In this document: piece after piece, positions 12,761 through 25,141 of the stretch
Layout of the letters: every line of letters begins with the position of its first letter
Position numbering within the stretch: position 1 is the stretch's first letter
Assembly (NCBI GenBank): GCA_043228905.1
Contig: JBHGNT010000001.1
Location: forward strand, 10,602,001 to 10,666,000
Direction: 5' to 3'
DNA length: 64,000 nucleotides
From: Azolla caroliniana
Lineage: Eukaryota > Plantae > Polypodiophyta
Made by a program: the position numbers and the translations under genes
Notes under the pieces: model-generated
Seen by the model: the letters and a program-made list of their open reading frames with translations, nothing else
Databases searched by the model: none
Told to the model about the DNA's origin: nothing

Positions 12761-13949
12761 AAACTCTAAGATATATGAGGTTGAAGGATTGCACAAAAGT
12801 ATGATAAGAAGAATATGTGAGAGGGTGAGAAAACAAAAAGATATAGCTCAATTGACAAGAGTGTACTCACAGAAAGAAAAAAAGTCTAGGGTTCAAATCA
12901 AGCAGAGGCATTATGTGAACTTCAATGTATCACTAAATTTATATCTTAGCTCCGAAAGACTTGAACATTGGGACGCAAACAAATGAGGCAAATGTAAGGA
13001 GGCGAATATTCAGCCTTTGTGACTTCCCTTCTCTGGTCTTCTCACACTCTCTTCGTGAATGTTTGCGAGGGGATACTTGAGATTAATGTAAGTATACGAG
13101 GTTAAGACCAAAATGAACTCATATTAAGAACTAGATTCAAGATTATACAAGAAAGCCCTTGTAGGGTTCAACAAATATTATACATGAAATCCCTTTAGAA
13201 TGTATTGTTCACAATAGTGGTACGAGAAGTGTACAATGAACCGTTAGAAGAGAAATGGGCATGGTATGTTAGTTGCTATGATCTAAGAAATGTGGTCATC
13301 GACGAGGCCTTGCCTACCATCAACGACTACGTCACCTTCATTGTTGAGGTAGTGTCCTCATGCCACTTTGAGCCTACTTCCTTGTTCAAAGAGCTAACTC
13401 TGCCTTCCTTTCTCTTTCACCTTGCCTCTTCGAGTGAGTCAAACCCCAAACACCCTCAACCCCAAACCCTAAACCGTCCAGTAGGAAAAAAGAAGACGAA
13501 AAAGAAGAAGAAAGAACCTAATCTCACACAAAGAAGATGAAGAAGAAAGCCCTAAAATAATCAAGTATGTTGAGATGAAGAAGGAAAGAAAACTAACAAG
13601 TGAAGAAAGGGAAGTAAAAATCCTAATGACATGCTCCAAACCACAAAACGGGTAACCTGAAATAAGCCCTCTTTTCTTCTTTTTATAGAGAAGGATACAG
13701 GCCCTATTTTAAACATTAAATGCATTTATTCCTGTTTGCTTTGGAAAAAAAAGAAAGATCAAACTCCTTAATGCCCCACTAGCAAATATTTGAACTCTAC
13801 ATCTTTTATACTTAATTGATGTCTCTAACACAAGGCCATTTACCTATTTATTTATTATTTAAATTTCGTTTTATATTTTTGTATGATGTGGCCAGACCCC
13901 CTTTTTATCTACTTTCTACCTTCGGCCACGCACATCACAACATTTACCT

Positions 13950-16320
13950 TCACCAAACCTCACATCCTCCGGCATGTGCCTAAGGTGGTTAGCCTTTGAT
14001 TTCTTTGATTTTTGTGCCTCGCCTACACCATCTTTGTTCCTCCATCTTGACCACGTTCATTCTCCACACCAAAACCACCATCACCATATAATTTTCCCGA
14101 ACTTTGCATCACCACAACTGGTTGTCGTGGTCTCGTTCACTTTCCCCAAGCATAACCCTTACGTACAAAGCATGTGCCACCCTCATTCCTACCGCCCCCT
14201 TGCTCAAGCCATTTCATCCTTCCTCTTTTCATCGATCCAATCTTGCCTTCATTAGGCCCCATCTGAATATCAACTTTGACTACTCCTTGTAGCCCTTTCT
14301 TTTAGGTACATGCTCACATTTAGGCCCTTAGATGACCACATTGCATGTTTCTTGCTTCGTTCTCTTTCATGGTATGCTCTTGCATTAGAGTTGAGCACGA
14401 TTCTTTTGGTCTTTGTGCTAGTGTCCTTCGAATCGGATGTCGTGATCAAATCCTAAGGAACACCCTTCATCTTCTCTTGACTACATGGCCCTAGTCGTGC
14501 ACTATTGTGGTTTGTTTGGCCTCGTCAACCTTTGTATCATCTTTTACCTTCACTTTCTCATGGTCACCTTCCTTCTCTTGGGTCTTACTTTGGTTCAAGG
14601 CTGAATCTTCGGTGATTGTCGTTTCTCTACTGATTTATATGTCCCCATCCACCATTGCCCAAGGCTCTAGAACTAGTGGGAAGGAAGTGACAGGAACTAC
14701 ACGCTCCCGATGAACAACGCTTGGCCACAATCGAGCCTATAATAAAACACAGAAAACAGGGAATGAAAAAGCACAACGCGATAGAGAGAAAAAAGTACAC
14801 AGGATGTTTACGTGGAAAACCCAAACTCGGGAAAAACCACGGCAGCCCACAGACCACAAACTATCACTATATCAAAATGTACAATAAGAAAGCACTGAGG
14901 CCACGACCTCGAGCTTGCTATCTTCGCCACAGGCGGCGGTTACAATCAGAGGCAACGACCTCTTCCTCTCTCTCACTCTCTCTGTACACAGTTGCACGCT
15001 CTAATCTTGCGCCAACAAGAATAACAACAATACCTATTTTTTGCCCTAATTCATATTTATACTAATATGACTTTTCGGATATTTACAAATATAGCCCCGA
15101 TGGACTCTCAGAAACATATTTACAAATATGTCCCTTCATCCGGTGAGCATTCCTCACCGAGCCTTCACCATCCGGCTCTTGCCGGGTACTCCTCATCCGG
15201 TTCTCACCGGGTCTTCCGTTGCCGGGTATTCCCCATCCGGTTCTCATCGGGTCTTCACCATCCGGCTTTGTCGGGTACTCGTCGTCCGGTTCTCCGTAGC
15301 CGGGTACTCCTCATCCGGTTCTCACCGGGTCTTCTGTAGCCGGGTACTCCTCATCCGGGATAGGCTGAGGCCGAGTTTGCTCATCGACACTGTTCTCCTC
15401 ACTTCCCATCCGGAGGGACCTGTTTCCTAACAGGAAGTCCCATCACATTTGTTGTCCTTCTCCCTTGCCCTGTTGTCCATAACCACTTCCTCTTTGACAT
15501 CGTTTTTCGTGGCTATCACTTCAAGCTTATGGGCATCGTACCCATTGACCTTGATCACACAAGCTTCGTCGTTGCTTGAATCTTCTTTGCTTGAGGTTTC
15601 ATAAACAACACGTGTTCCAAAACACTTGTCCGTTAGCATGGCTTTATACTTCGTTACTTCATCACTTGACGTTTCAAGCACAACAAGCGCTCTGAAACCC
15701 TCGTTCACTCTCAAGGTAGCCTTTTTTGCTTTCATAATCTCCGTTTCGTCCTTGGCCATTGTTTCATAGCAAGACAAGAAGGTGATATGTTTCACACCGC
15801 CTCATGTGGTATATCCATCATACCATAATTGGGTCATCAGATCTTTCACATCCTTCATATGCATTTTTGGTCGGGAGGTGACTTCCTCCTCTTCCACCGT
15901 TCACCTTGGTTCTGGATCTATTGTGGCCTCCACTTTGGCTTCAACTTTAAGCTATCCTACGCCTTCCTTATGAAGGCTTCCATGTCGAGTACTATCGTAC
16001 TCTTTCATGTTGAGCTCTCTTCGTTCGATGGTAGTGGGTTGACCCTTCTCATCTTCCTTTGACCTTCCCTTGTGGGCTCCGTTGTTGTCGATAATATTCT
16101 TGTCTCCCTTCTATCGTGTCATTTGCACTCTTCCCACTTTGCTCCAATCTTTGGTTTGCCCATCTACCCCGTCGTCGTCCTCAAGTTGGATTCCGATGAC
16201 CATCCTTTCTCTTTGATCGATGTACTTCACGAATATGTCACGTAAACGTGCCCGTGTGTGTGTGTGTGTGTGTGCACGCTATTTGAGCAAGACAAAGAGG
16301 GGTCTTGGACTAGGGAGGAT
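13950..16320 (-). mobile_element. Old degenerate Gypsy-like remnant, interrupted by a Copia solo LTR
   Basis: Minus strand near 16310-16225 reads ctagtccaagacccctctttgtcttg...gtgacatattcgtgaag, resembling the U5 end and PBS of the Trp-primed Gypsies at 55-63 kb. A decayed ORF follows (15427-15795). The left boundary is uncertain. Confidence 0.4.
14688..15432 (-). mobile_element. Copia solo LTR (745 bp)
   Basis: TG...CA ends; perfect 5-bp TSD GGAAG (14683-14687, 15433-15437); similar to the LTRs at 43513 and 51845; internal ccgggtactcctcatccggttctc subrepeats. Confidence 0.92.
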
Positions 16321-19300
16321 GCGAATGTAGGAGACTCGAGTGCTCAGAGGACTCAAATAGTTGAATTGGTACTTTAAGTCCTTCTATGAATTTTAATTCT
16401 CAATAGATGCTCACGAGCACCATATCAAAAGCTTTCTTGAAGTTAATATAGCAACAATATGGTCAAATGTTAAGACAATTTTGTACAACAAACTCGTTAA
16501 CCATTTGTTCCAATTCATCAATACATGACACAAAGATTATTGGTGAGAGTGAGCATCCTTGTTGAATACTAATAGAGCTAGTGAAAGGCTTTTGAAATTT
16601 CAACTCACATATGTAAAATAAGGCAAATGGTAGATGAGAGTCGGTGAGAGTGAGCTTTCTTTCTTAAGACCAATAATGCTAGTGAAAACTTTTGAATTTT
16701 CATTCCCTATATCCACATATATTCTCATATATGTACAACAAATCATATATTTTACTTGGTACTTGCTCTTCGATGTTGCTCAAGATCCTCATGGGGTGCC
16801 GTGCCAAATGTTTTCTTGTTGTCAACTTTAGAATACTATTATTTACTTTATAAACAAGTTTTGGCTAGGTGGACAATAAGATCGACAATTATTTTGGATG
16901 CAACAACTAACAAAGTTTAAGTGTCTATTTAAGAGTTAGTTTTTGTTTTTTACCATCATTTTTGTTAATGGTTGTTTTGTTGCACCATGTTCTTGACATA
17001 TTACATTACATTTAATGGAAAAAGGATTGGGCTTCAAGCACAACGAATTTACCAATGAACTAGAAAACATTAACTCCCAAAGGTAAAAGTTAAGCTTTTA
17101 GAGGTTTTGTTTCCCATTGTTATGCATTTCCAATAGATATTTGGCTAATCATGTTACAACCATTCAAATAGCACAATTCCTCTACTCTAACCTAAGAAGC
17201 AATAAAAATGTGACAACTATTGAAACAACAAGATATTTGTTTTTTAAAAGATACTTCCCATTAGTTAGGTAGAGTGTCTTTACACCAATATGCACAACAG
17301 AAATGTCATCATAGACATTCAACCACTTTACCCAAGTATGTGTTTATCATCTTGCAGTATGTAAAATTTCAGAAAAATACCATGTACCTTCCTGGTTGGG
17401 TTGCCAATGTGGAAATAACCATTTTGGTGTGGTGTAGCACCACTTGGCACGCCATCTACATAATCCACCAAGGGTGAATCTGACCATGATACGGCAAGTC
17501 TCGTAGCTTCCACTATGTATGAAGTTCCTTACAACTCTTTAGATTGAACTCGTATATTCGTAATCATATCATACCATAGAGCATTGATTGTCTCATTTGG
17601 GCGAATTTCTTCTCTCGCTAAACCTACTTTGCATCAAGATTTCTAAATTTTCCATAGCGTGATAGAGGCTACGATGGGCCAGATGTCACGCAACCTATTC
17701 AAACACCAAATTTGCAATTCCTTGATGGTTGTACAATGCATTTATTTCTTTGCACACAACTCGCCTTCAACCTACCTAGGTCTTCTGATATTCAAGCTTT
17801 CTTCTCCAATCTCCACCATAGTACAAATCCCAAAGATATGGAGCCTCTAGCTTGCTCTTCATTAGTATTCTCATCACTTTTGGCCAAACTTCTTGTGCAT
17901 GAGAGCATTCCCATAAGCAATGCTCTAAAGATTCGAGTCTTGAAGAGCACAACCTGCAGTTCCCATCAATTCCCCTTTTCGGTAGCCAAGCGCGTACAAG
18001 AAGAGATGTCGCTACATAACCATAAGAAAGCTTTTATTTTTTCACCAATCTTAGTGACCTATAATTGTTTCCAATATTGTTTTAGGAAATCATAATCCAA
18101 ACCTTCCTTGATCCACTTGCTCCAAGTTATTGTGTTGTAGAATACTATGGCCAACCTTAAATGAATAACGGAAAAACTGAATATTACCTTTTGGAGTTTT
18201 CCTATTGATGGGTGGCTCCACCCCCGTCCCACGGGGGTTCGAATGTAATGTTGGGAATCGACGCTTCGATTCAACCTTCACCACTCGGCCACAACCGAGG
18301 AAGCGCGAATCAATGCAGCAGAAAATCGGAAACACAGAGAAAGACACGAATACACAGGGATTAACGTGGAAAACCCTAGACGGGAAAAACCACGGGAGTG
18401 CAAGGCTCCAACTATCACTATACGCTGGGAAATATACAATGGCGAGCTGCAAGGCGACGACCTTGAGCTCGCTATCCTCGCCACAGGCGGCAATATTACA
18501 CAGAGGCGTCGACCTCTTCCTTTCCTCTCTCTCACGGCTGCTCTCACTTCGCTCCCTCTAGATGAAAACAGAAAAATGAGCAACAACGTTAAAACTGTTT
18601 GCCCTAAGTCATATTTATACACATATGACTTTCGGGCTATTTACAACTATAGCCTCAAGGGCCCTTGGCAAACATATTCACAAATATGTCCCCGCATCCG
18701 GATCTCTCTCCGGGTACATTCGTCATCCGGCTCCGAAGCCGGGATCTTCATCATCCGGTTCCGAAACCGCAACCGGGCTTGTCGTCATTCATCTCCGACA
18801 TCCGACCATCCCATCCGAAGGGACCGAAATCCCAACAAACTCCCCCTTCACTTCGGCATGGGATGTCTCTCCAATCCGATCCTCTTCCGGCATGCTTCCA
18901 GCTTGTCGGGTGTGAGCACCTTGGTCAGCATATCCGACCCGTTCTCGTCCGTGTGGACCTTCGTCAGCACGAACTCCTTGTCTTCTATCCTTTCCCGGAT
19001 CCAGTGATATCTTCGCTGGATGTGCTTCGTCTGGGAGTGATAGGCTGCGTTCTTCGCAAGGTGGATGGCACTCTGACTGTCGCAGTAGAGTCGGTACTCC
19101 TCCTGCTGGATACCGAGCTCTCTAATGAAGTCCTTCATCCATATTATTTCCTTGCCAGCTTCAACAGCTGCCATGTACTCCGCCTCCGTGGTTGACAACG
19201 CAACCGTCTTCTGCAGCCTCGACTGCCATGAAACAACTCCCCCTGCATACGTCATCACATACCCTGATGTGGACCGGCTGGTATCTGCATCAGCCGACAT

Positions 19301-22300
19301 ATCCGAATCGGTGAAGCCGTCGAGTTCGGGCTTACCGGAGCCGAATTGGAGGCACACGTTTGCCGTGCCCTTCAGGTATCGGAGTATCCACTTGGCCGCG
19401 TTCCAATGCTCTTTGCCGGGATTGCTCATGTACCGGCTCACCACTCCGACTGCGTATCCAATATCCGGTCTTGTACACACCATTGCGTACATCAAGCTTC
19501 CGACGGCAGAGGCATATGGCACTTTCATCATGTCCTCCTTCTCAGCCTTTGTCTTGGGGCTTTGCTTGCTGGACAGCTTGCAGTTTGCCGGGAGGGTCGA
19601 TCCGACCGGTCTTGCTTCCGACATGTTGAACCGTTTAAGCACCTTTGTCACGTACTTCTCCTATGACAGCCACAACTGCTTCTTGCTCCGGTCCCGGATG
19701 ATGTGCATCCCTAGTATTTGTCTCGCCGGACCCAAGTCCTTCATTGAGAAGGTTCGGTGAAGAGCCTTCTTTAGCATCCGTATCTTGACCTGGTCCCGTC
19801 CGACGATCAACATGTCGTCTACGTACAGGAGGAGTATTAGAAAGTCTCCTCCTTCGAACTTCTTCACAAACACGCAGTGGTCGGACTGCGTTTTGAGGTA
19901 CCCTTCGTCGGTCATGAAAGAGTCGAACTTCCGGTACCATTGCCGGGGAGCCTGCTTCAGTCCGTAAAGGCTCTTCTTCAACCAGCATACCAGGTGCTCC
20001 TTCCCTTTCTTCTCAAATCCTTCCGGTTGCTGCATGTAGATCTCTTCTTCGAGGTCACCGTGAAGGAATGCCGTCTTCACGTCCATCTGTTCTACCTCGA
20101 GGTCCATGCTTGCCGCTATGCTCAGCACCGTCCGGATGGAGGTCATCTTCACTACCGGGGCAAATATCTCGTCGAAGTCGACGCCCTTCTTCTGCTGAAA
20201 CCCCTTCACCACGATCCTGGCTTTGTATCTCGGGGGGTTTTCGACATCTCCCGGTTTCAGCTTGAACACCCACTTGTTTCGAAGTGCCCGCTTTCCTTTC
20301 GGCAACTCCACAAGTTCATATGTGTGGTTCTCATGCAGGGAATCCATCTCGTCCTGCATGGCACTCAACCACCTGCGGCTTTGGGTGTCATGCTTTGCTT
20401 CTTCAAAGCTCTCCGGCTCCCCCTCGTCGGTTAGCAGCACGTGCTCTGGTTCCGGAAATCTCCGGGGGGCCCTTCTCTCTCTTAGAGGATATCTCCGTTC
20501 CGGAGCTTCGGTAACCGGCTCCTCCGTTTCCTCTTCAACCGAATCCATTTCGGGATCGGGGCCGGTTCCGGTATCAGTTTCATCTTCCTCGGCCGGTTCT
20601 GTTTCTTCACCGTCTTCGGCCGGATCCTCGAGTGCTAACCGGTCCCTTGCCGGTCGGGACTGCTCCTCGTAGAGTTGATCCTCACCGGTCGACTTGGAGC
20701 TCTTCATCTTCTTCTCCGACTCCCAGTCGGCGAGTGTCTTGTTCTCCATGAAGATGATATCACGACTCCGGAATATCTTCTTGTCAACCGGGTCCCATAC
20801 TCGGTAGCCGAACTCGTCATCGCCGTAACCGAGGAATATGCATGGCCGGGTCTTTGGATCTAGCTTTCCTCTCCGGTCCTTAGCCACATGCACATATGCG
20901 AGACACCCGAACACCTTCAGATGCCGGTAGGATACTTCCCTACCGGTCCACACTCTCTGCGGCGTGTGTCCGTCCAAAGGTACTGAGGGTGATCTGTTTA
21001 TCACGTATGTCGCCGTCGACATTGCCTCAGCCCAAAACCCCTTGGGTAATTTCGCATGCGCCAGCATACTCCGGACCCTCTCCATTATGGTCCGGTTCAT
21101 CCTCTCGGCCAGCCCGTTTAGTTCCGGCGTCTTCGGCACAGTAAACTCGAGCCGGATTCCCTTCGAGCGACAGTACTCCTTGAACTGCCCCCGGTATTCC
21201 CCTCCGTTATCCGCTCGTATCGCTTTCAGTTTCTTGCCGGATTCTCTTTCCACTCTCGCGTGGAGTTCTTTGAAGACGGACAACACTTGGTCCTTTGTCT
21301 TCAGCGGTGCCGTCCACAGCTTCCGGCTATGGTCATCTATGAATGTCACGAAGTACTGGGCTCCGCCATGTGACTTCGTTTCTACCTGACACACGTCAGT
21401 GTGCACCAACTCCAATGGTGCGCTACGTCTCGTCGGTGGCCTTGAGTGGAAGGAGGTTCGGTTCTGCTTACCGGCCAGGCAATCGGTGCACTTCTCCAGG
21501 TGCACATGCTTCACTGGAATAAGGTTGTCTTCTGCAAGCCTCTTCATCCCCTTCTCACTCATGTGGCACAGTCTCTTGTGCCACAGCTCACCGGCAGTGT
21601 CGGCTGCCACGTTCAACTCTTCCGGACACAACCAGGCATTCATAAGGTACAGTGTGTTGACTTTCCGGGCCCGAGCCACTATCAGGCTCCCCTTGCTGAA
21701 CTTCATTACGCCGTTCCGGATGCTACCTGTGTAGCCTTCATCGTCTAGCCTCCCGGCCGAAATCAGGTTCAATCGAACCTCCGGAACGTGTCTGACATCC
21801 TTCAGCAGCATTTTGCATCCGGTCGAGGTTGTCAACCACACGTCTCCTACGCCGGCAATCCGGCACGTACCGTCATTTCCCATCCGAACACAGCCATGCT
21901 CACCGGCTGTGTAGGATGAGAAGTATCTTCTTTCCGGGGTCAGGTGGAACGACGCTCCGGAATCGACCACCCAGGTAGTCTCATCGCCGGCAATGTTTAG
22001 TTCACCTTCTTCGGTGATGAGCATGATCTCCTCTTCACTTGCCGCGAGTGCCGTCGTTCCTTTCCGGTCCTGCCCTCGCCGATCCGAACCATTCCGGTCT
22101 GTGGCTCCCCGGTAAGCACCGTTCCGTTCCGAAGACTTCTTCGAATCGGTGTCGTCGGTTCCGTTGTCTTTTCGGTAATGCCGACAATTCTTTCGGAAGT
22201 GCCCCGGCTTCCCACAGTGGAAGCATGTGGGCCTTCCTCTTGACTGCGACCGGGTCCCCGACTTCTCCCGTCTTTGCGGGCTCCGGTTCCGTTGTCTTCC

Positions 22301-22583
22301 CCGATCCGATTCGGTAAACAACATCTTCGGATCGGAGGCCGGTTCTTTATCTCTCCGACGCGCTTCTTCGTTCAAAATACTTGTCTTTACCGTTTGTAGG
22401 GACAAGTTATCTTCGGTGCAGGAGGTGCTGAGAGTCACCACCAAGTTCTCCCAGCTTTCCGGCAATGTACACATCAGAATGATGGCTTGCATTGCATCCT
22501 CCAGCGAGAACTTGATCGCCGCAAGCTGGTTCACGAATCCCATGAACGTGCTTACGTGTTCCACCATACTCTCGCCGTCCCGG

Positions 22584-23448
22584 TGTCGTGCCTTTCGGCT
22601 CCGGATCGTTTGCATGAGTCGGGTGGGAACCACCGGGGTTTTGGACTAGGAGAAAGAAGAATATGAGATGAGGCTAGTAATAAATAGATTATTAGAAAGA
22701 GATATAGAAACTTGTGAATCCCACAAGTATAATTGTTTTAGTTTATCTAAATCGTAGTAATAAATTGAAATAATTTAGAATAGATTAGAGTAGATTGAGA
22801 AAAGAGATCAAACCTTGTGAATCCCACAAGTATTACATTAATCAATATTTATGTAAGAATATGAATTTAGATTGAAAGAGATAGATTATCTTAAACTTCG
22901 TGAATCCCACGAGTATATTTTATTGATTGTTGGTGTTTTAGGAAATATATCCAATTTCCCAAATATTTTTCACACGCCTATTACATTGTGCTCCCCATCC
23001 TTATGTAGTGATGGGAGAGACTAAGCATAGCTACATGCTTTTTTTTCTAATATGTTCATGCACACTAAATGTGCATGTGATGCTTTTTTAATCCTTGCTT
23101 TTATTTGCTAAATATAGTGCTCATGCACGCTAGATGTGCATGAGTCACTTTTTAGTTGCTTGCGTTTTTCTATAAAATATTCACGCACTCTAAAAATGCA
23201 TGATTTACCTTTTTAATAAAGGTAGGCGCAAATAAAGCACTTATAGTTATTAAATCTATTTATAGAACACTAAAGATAAGGTAGCATAATGGTAAAGTTG
23301 AGGTTTGGCTACGTGGAGGTACAGGGTTCAAATCTTGCCCTATGCACGTGATAAATATCTTGATATATTATTTTATTTATTTATATGTAATTAAATCGGT
23401 TATATTATTTTTTACTTTTTCACGTAGTGTACGAAATACACTACGACA
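22584..23448 (-). mobile_element. Gypsy-type solo LTR (865 bp) inserted in Copia-1 gag
   Basis: TGTCGT...ACGACA termini; 4-bp TSD CCGG (22580-22583, 23449-23452). Removing it restores K-Y-R-D in gag. Confidence 0.9.
23275..23345 (+). other. tRNA-like (Pol III A-box/B-box) segment inside the solo LTR
   Basis: A-box-like TAGCATAATGG at 23282-23292 and B-box-like GGTTCAAATC at 23325-23334, with tRNA-like spacing. No complete cloverleaf. Confidence 0.5.
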
Positions 23449-24410
23449 CCGGTACTTGAGGTTCACTATCTTCCTCATCAGGGAGGTCCGGTTCAACGCA
23501 TTCTTCCTCTCGTAGAGGCCCGACAGCTTCCGCCACATCTCATATGCGTTGGTGTCGTTCGCCACATGTTGTAGAACGCTCACGTCGACGTATTGCCGAA
23601 TGGTTGCAACGGCTTTCCGGTTCAGAAGCCTCCATTCCGTCTCAAGTACCCCCTTGGGTATTTCCGACCTGTCGATCGGTTTATACAGGTCCCGAACAAT
23701 CAGCAGATCCTCCATCTTTATCTTCCAGTCGGCATAGTTCTGCGCATTCAGCACCATCATCCCCGACTGCCCGCTGCTGCCGCCTTCCATTTTCTGCACT
23801 GCAGTCGCTCTGATACCAGTTTGTTGGGAATCGACGCTTCGATTCAACCTTCACCACTCGGCCACAACCGAGGAAGCGCGAATCAATGCAACAGAAAATC
23901 GGAAACACAGAGAAAGACACGAATACACAGGGATTAACGTGGAAAACCCTAGACGGGAAAAACCACGGGAGTGCAAGGCTCCAACTATCACTATACGCTG
24001 GGAAATATACAATGGCGAGCTGCAAGGCGACGACCTTGAGCTCGCTATCCTCGCCACAGGCGGCGGTATTACACAGAGGCGTCGACCTCTTCCTTTCCTC
24101 TCTCTCACGGCTGCTCTCACTTCGCTCCCTCTAGATGAAAACAGAAAAATGAGCAACAACGTTAAAACTGTTTGCCCTAAGTCATATTTATACACATATG
24201 ACTTTCGGGCTATTTACAACTATAGCCTCAAGGGCCCTTGGCAAACATATTCACAAATATGTCCCCGCATCCGGATCTCTCTCCGGGTACATTCGTCATC
24301 CGGCTCCGAAGCCGGGATCTTCATCATCCGGTTCCGAAACCGCAACCGGGCTTGTCGTCATTCATCTCCGACATCCGACCATCCCATCCGAAGGGACCGA
24401 AATCCCAACA

Positions 24411-24414
<4 letters not shown>

Positions 24415-24472
<58 letters not shown>
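24415..24472. repeat. (AG)n microsatellite, ~29 units
   Basis: Directly visible. Confidence 0.95.
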
Positions 24473-24475
<3 letters not shown>

Positions 24476-25141
24476 GAGTCGAGACACAATTGAGGGGGTA
24501 ACGTCAATATATTTCTCTTTCTTCATGCCCCACGAGTGGGGATTTATATAGTAAAAGATCTAATCATTACAAAAAGTTGAATGGATGTAGGTACACCTAC
24601 TTACCCCATGTAACACTCACACATTCACATTTCATATTACACCTTACACACCACCTTCCACATTGCATCTATACGGGTAACATTTCCATCCCAATTCCGT
24701 TGGATCCCAAGTCAAGATCTTTAGGCATGTATCCTCCAAGATCCAAAATTTAGAAGATGCATCGTTTTTGCATATGTCTAGGTCTACTTCCCATTGGTTT
24801 TTAGATCTAGTAAGAACTCTAATTGGCATCCATTCCTGAAATTCTACCATTTTAGTGGAGCTCTCAACATCTGCATTAACTCGTTTAATGAAACACCACG
24901 ATTCTTCTTATTTAATCCTCAGAAACAAAAAACATATGAGAACTTCAAATAACACCACTAATCCTAAGAATCATAAAGAGAACTTAGAAGAGTCTTGCAT
25001 AAAAAAGTAAATGATGGGTGAATAATTATAGAGTTCTTGCATAAAAAAGAAAATGATAAGCTAATAATTATAGAGTTCTTGATACATTCTCTTGAATATG
25101 AGAGTACTTTCACATAGTTTTAAGTAAAATGTCACAATACT

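Larger units (their letters stand above)
18848..23790 (-). pseudogene. Copia-1 gag-pol polyprotein (disrupted)
   Basis: Zn knuckle CFHCGKPGHFRKNC, protease WVVDSGAS, GAG-pre-integrase/integrase (LWHKRLCH, RADNGGEY), RT YVDDML, RNase H. Split by a solo LTR (22584-23448) and a TAG at 19661-19663. Confidence 0.95.
18249..24410 (-). mobile_element. Full-length Ty1/Copia LTR retrotransposon (Tnt1/Tork-like), Copia-1
   Basis: 589-bp LTRs 18249-18837 and 23822-24410 (about 3 differences seen); TSD TGTAA; PBS TGGTATCAGAGC (tRNA-iMet) ending at 23818; PPT gaagggggag near 18840-18849. Confidence 0.97.
18206..24641 (-). mobile_element. Short (~270 bp net) solo-LTR-like insertion, split by the Copia element
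   Basis: Non-LINE sequence 18206-18248 and 24411-24641 with TG...CA ends interrupts the LINE; flanks cctat / cctta match only partly. Confidence 0.45.
17235..24888 (-). mobile_element. 5'-truncated degenerate L1/Tx1-like LINE (host of nest 1)
   Basis: Right piece has ILTWDPTELGW (24644-24850). Left piece has FFRYSFKVGH, YWKQL, KIKAFLWL and HCLWECSHAQEVW. The 3' motif ctaactaatgggaagta lies at 17268-17252 before an A-rich tail. Imperfect TSD tgaaacaacaagat / tgaaacaccacgat. Confidence 0.75.

Noticed and set aside
22700-22920. Palindromic repeats with variable spacers resembling a CRISPR array
   Set aside because: Only three copies, spacers of 60-85 bp that are related to each other, inside a plant LTR, with no cas genes
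23275-23345. Functional tRNA gene
   Set aside because: Acceptor, anticodon and T stems do not pair convincingly; kept only as a tRNA-like segment
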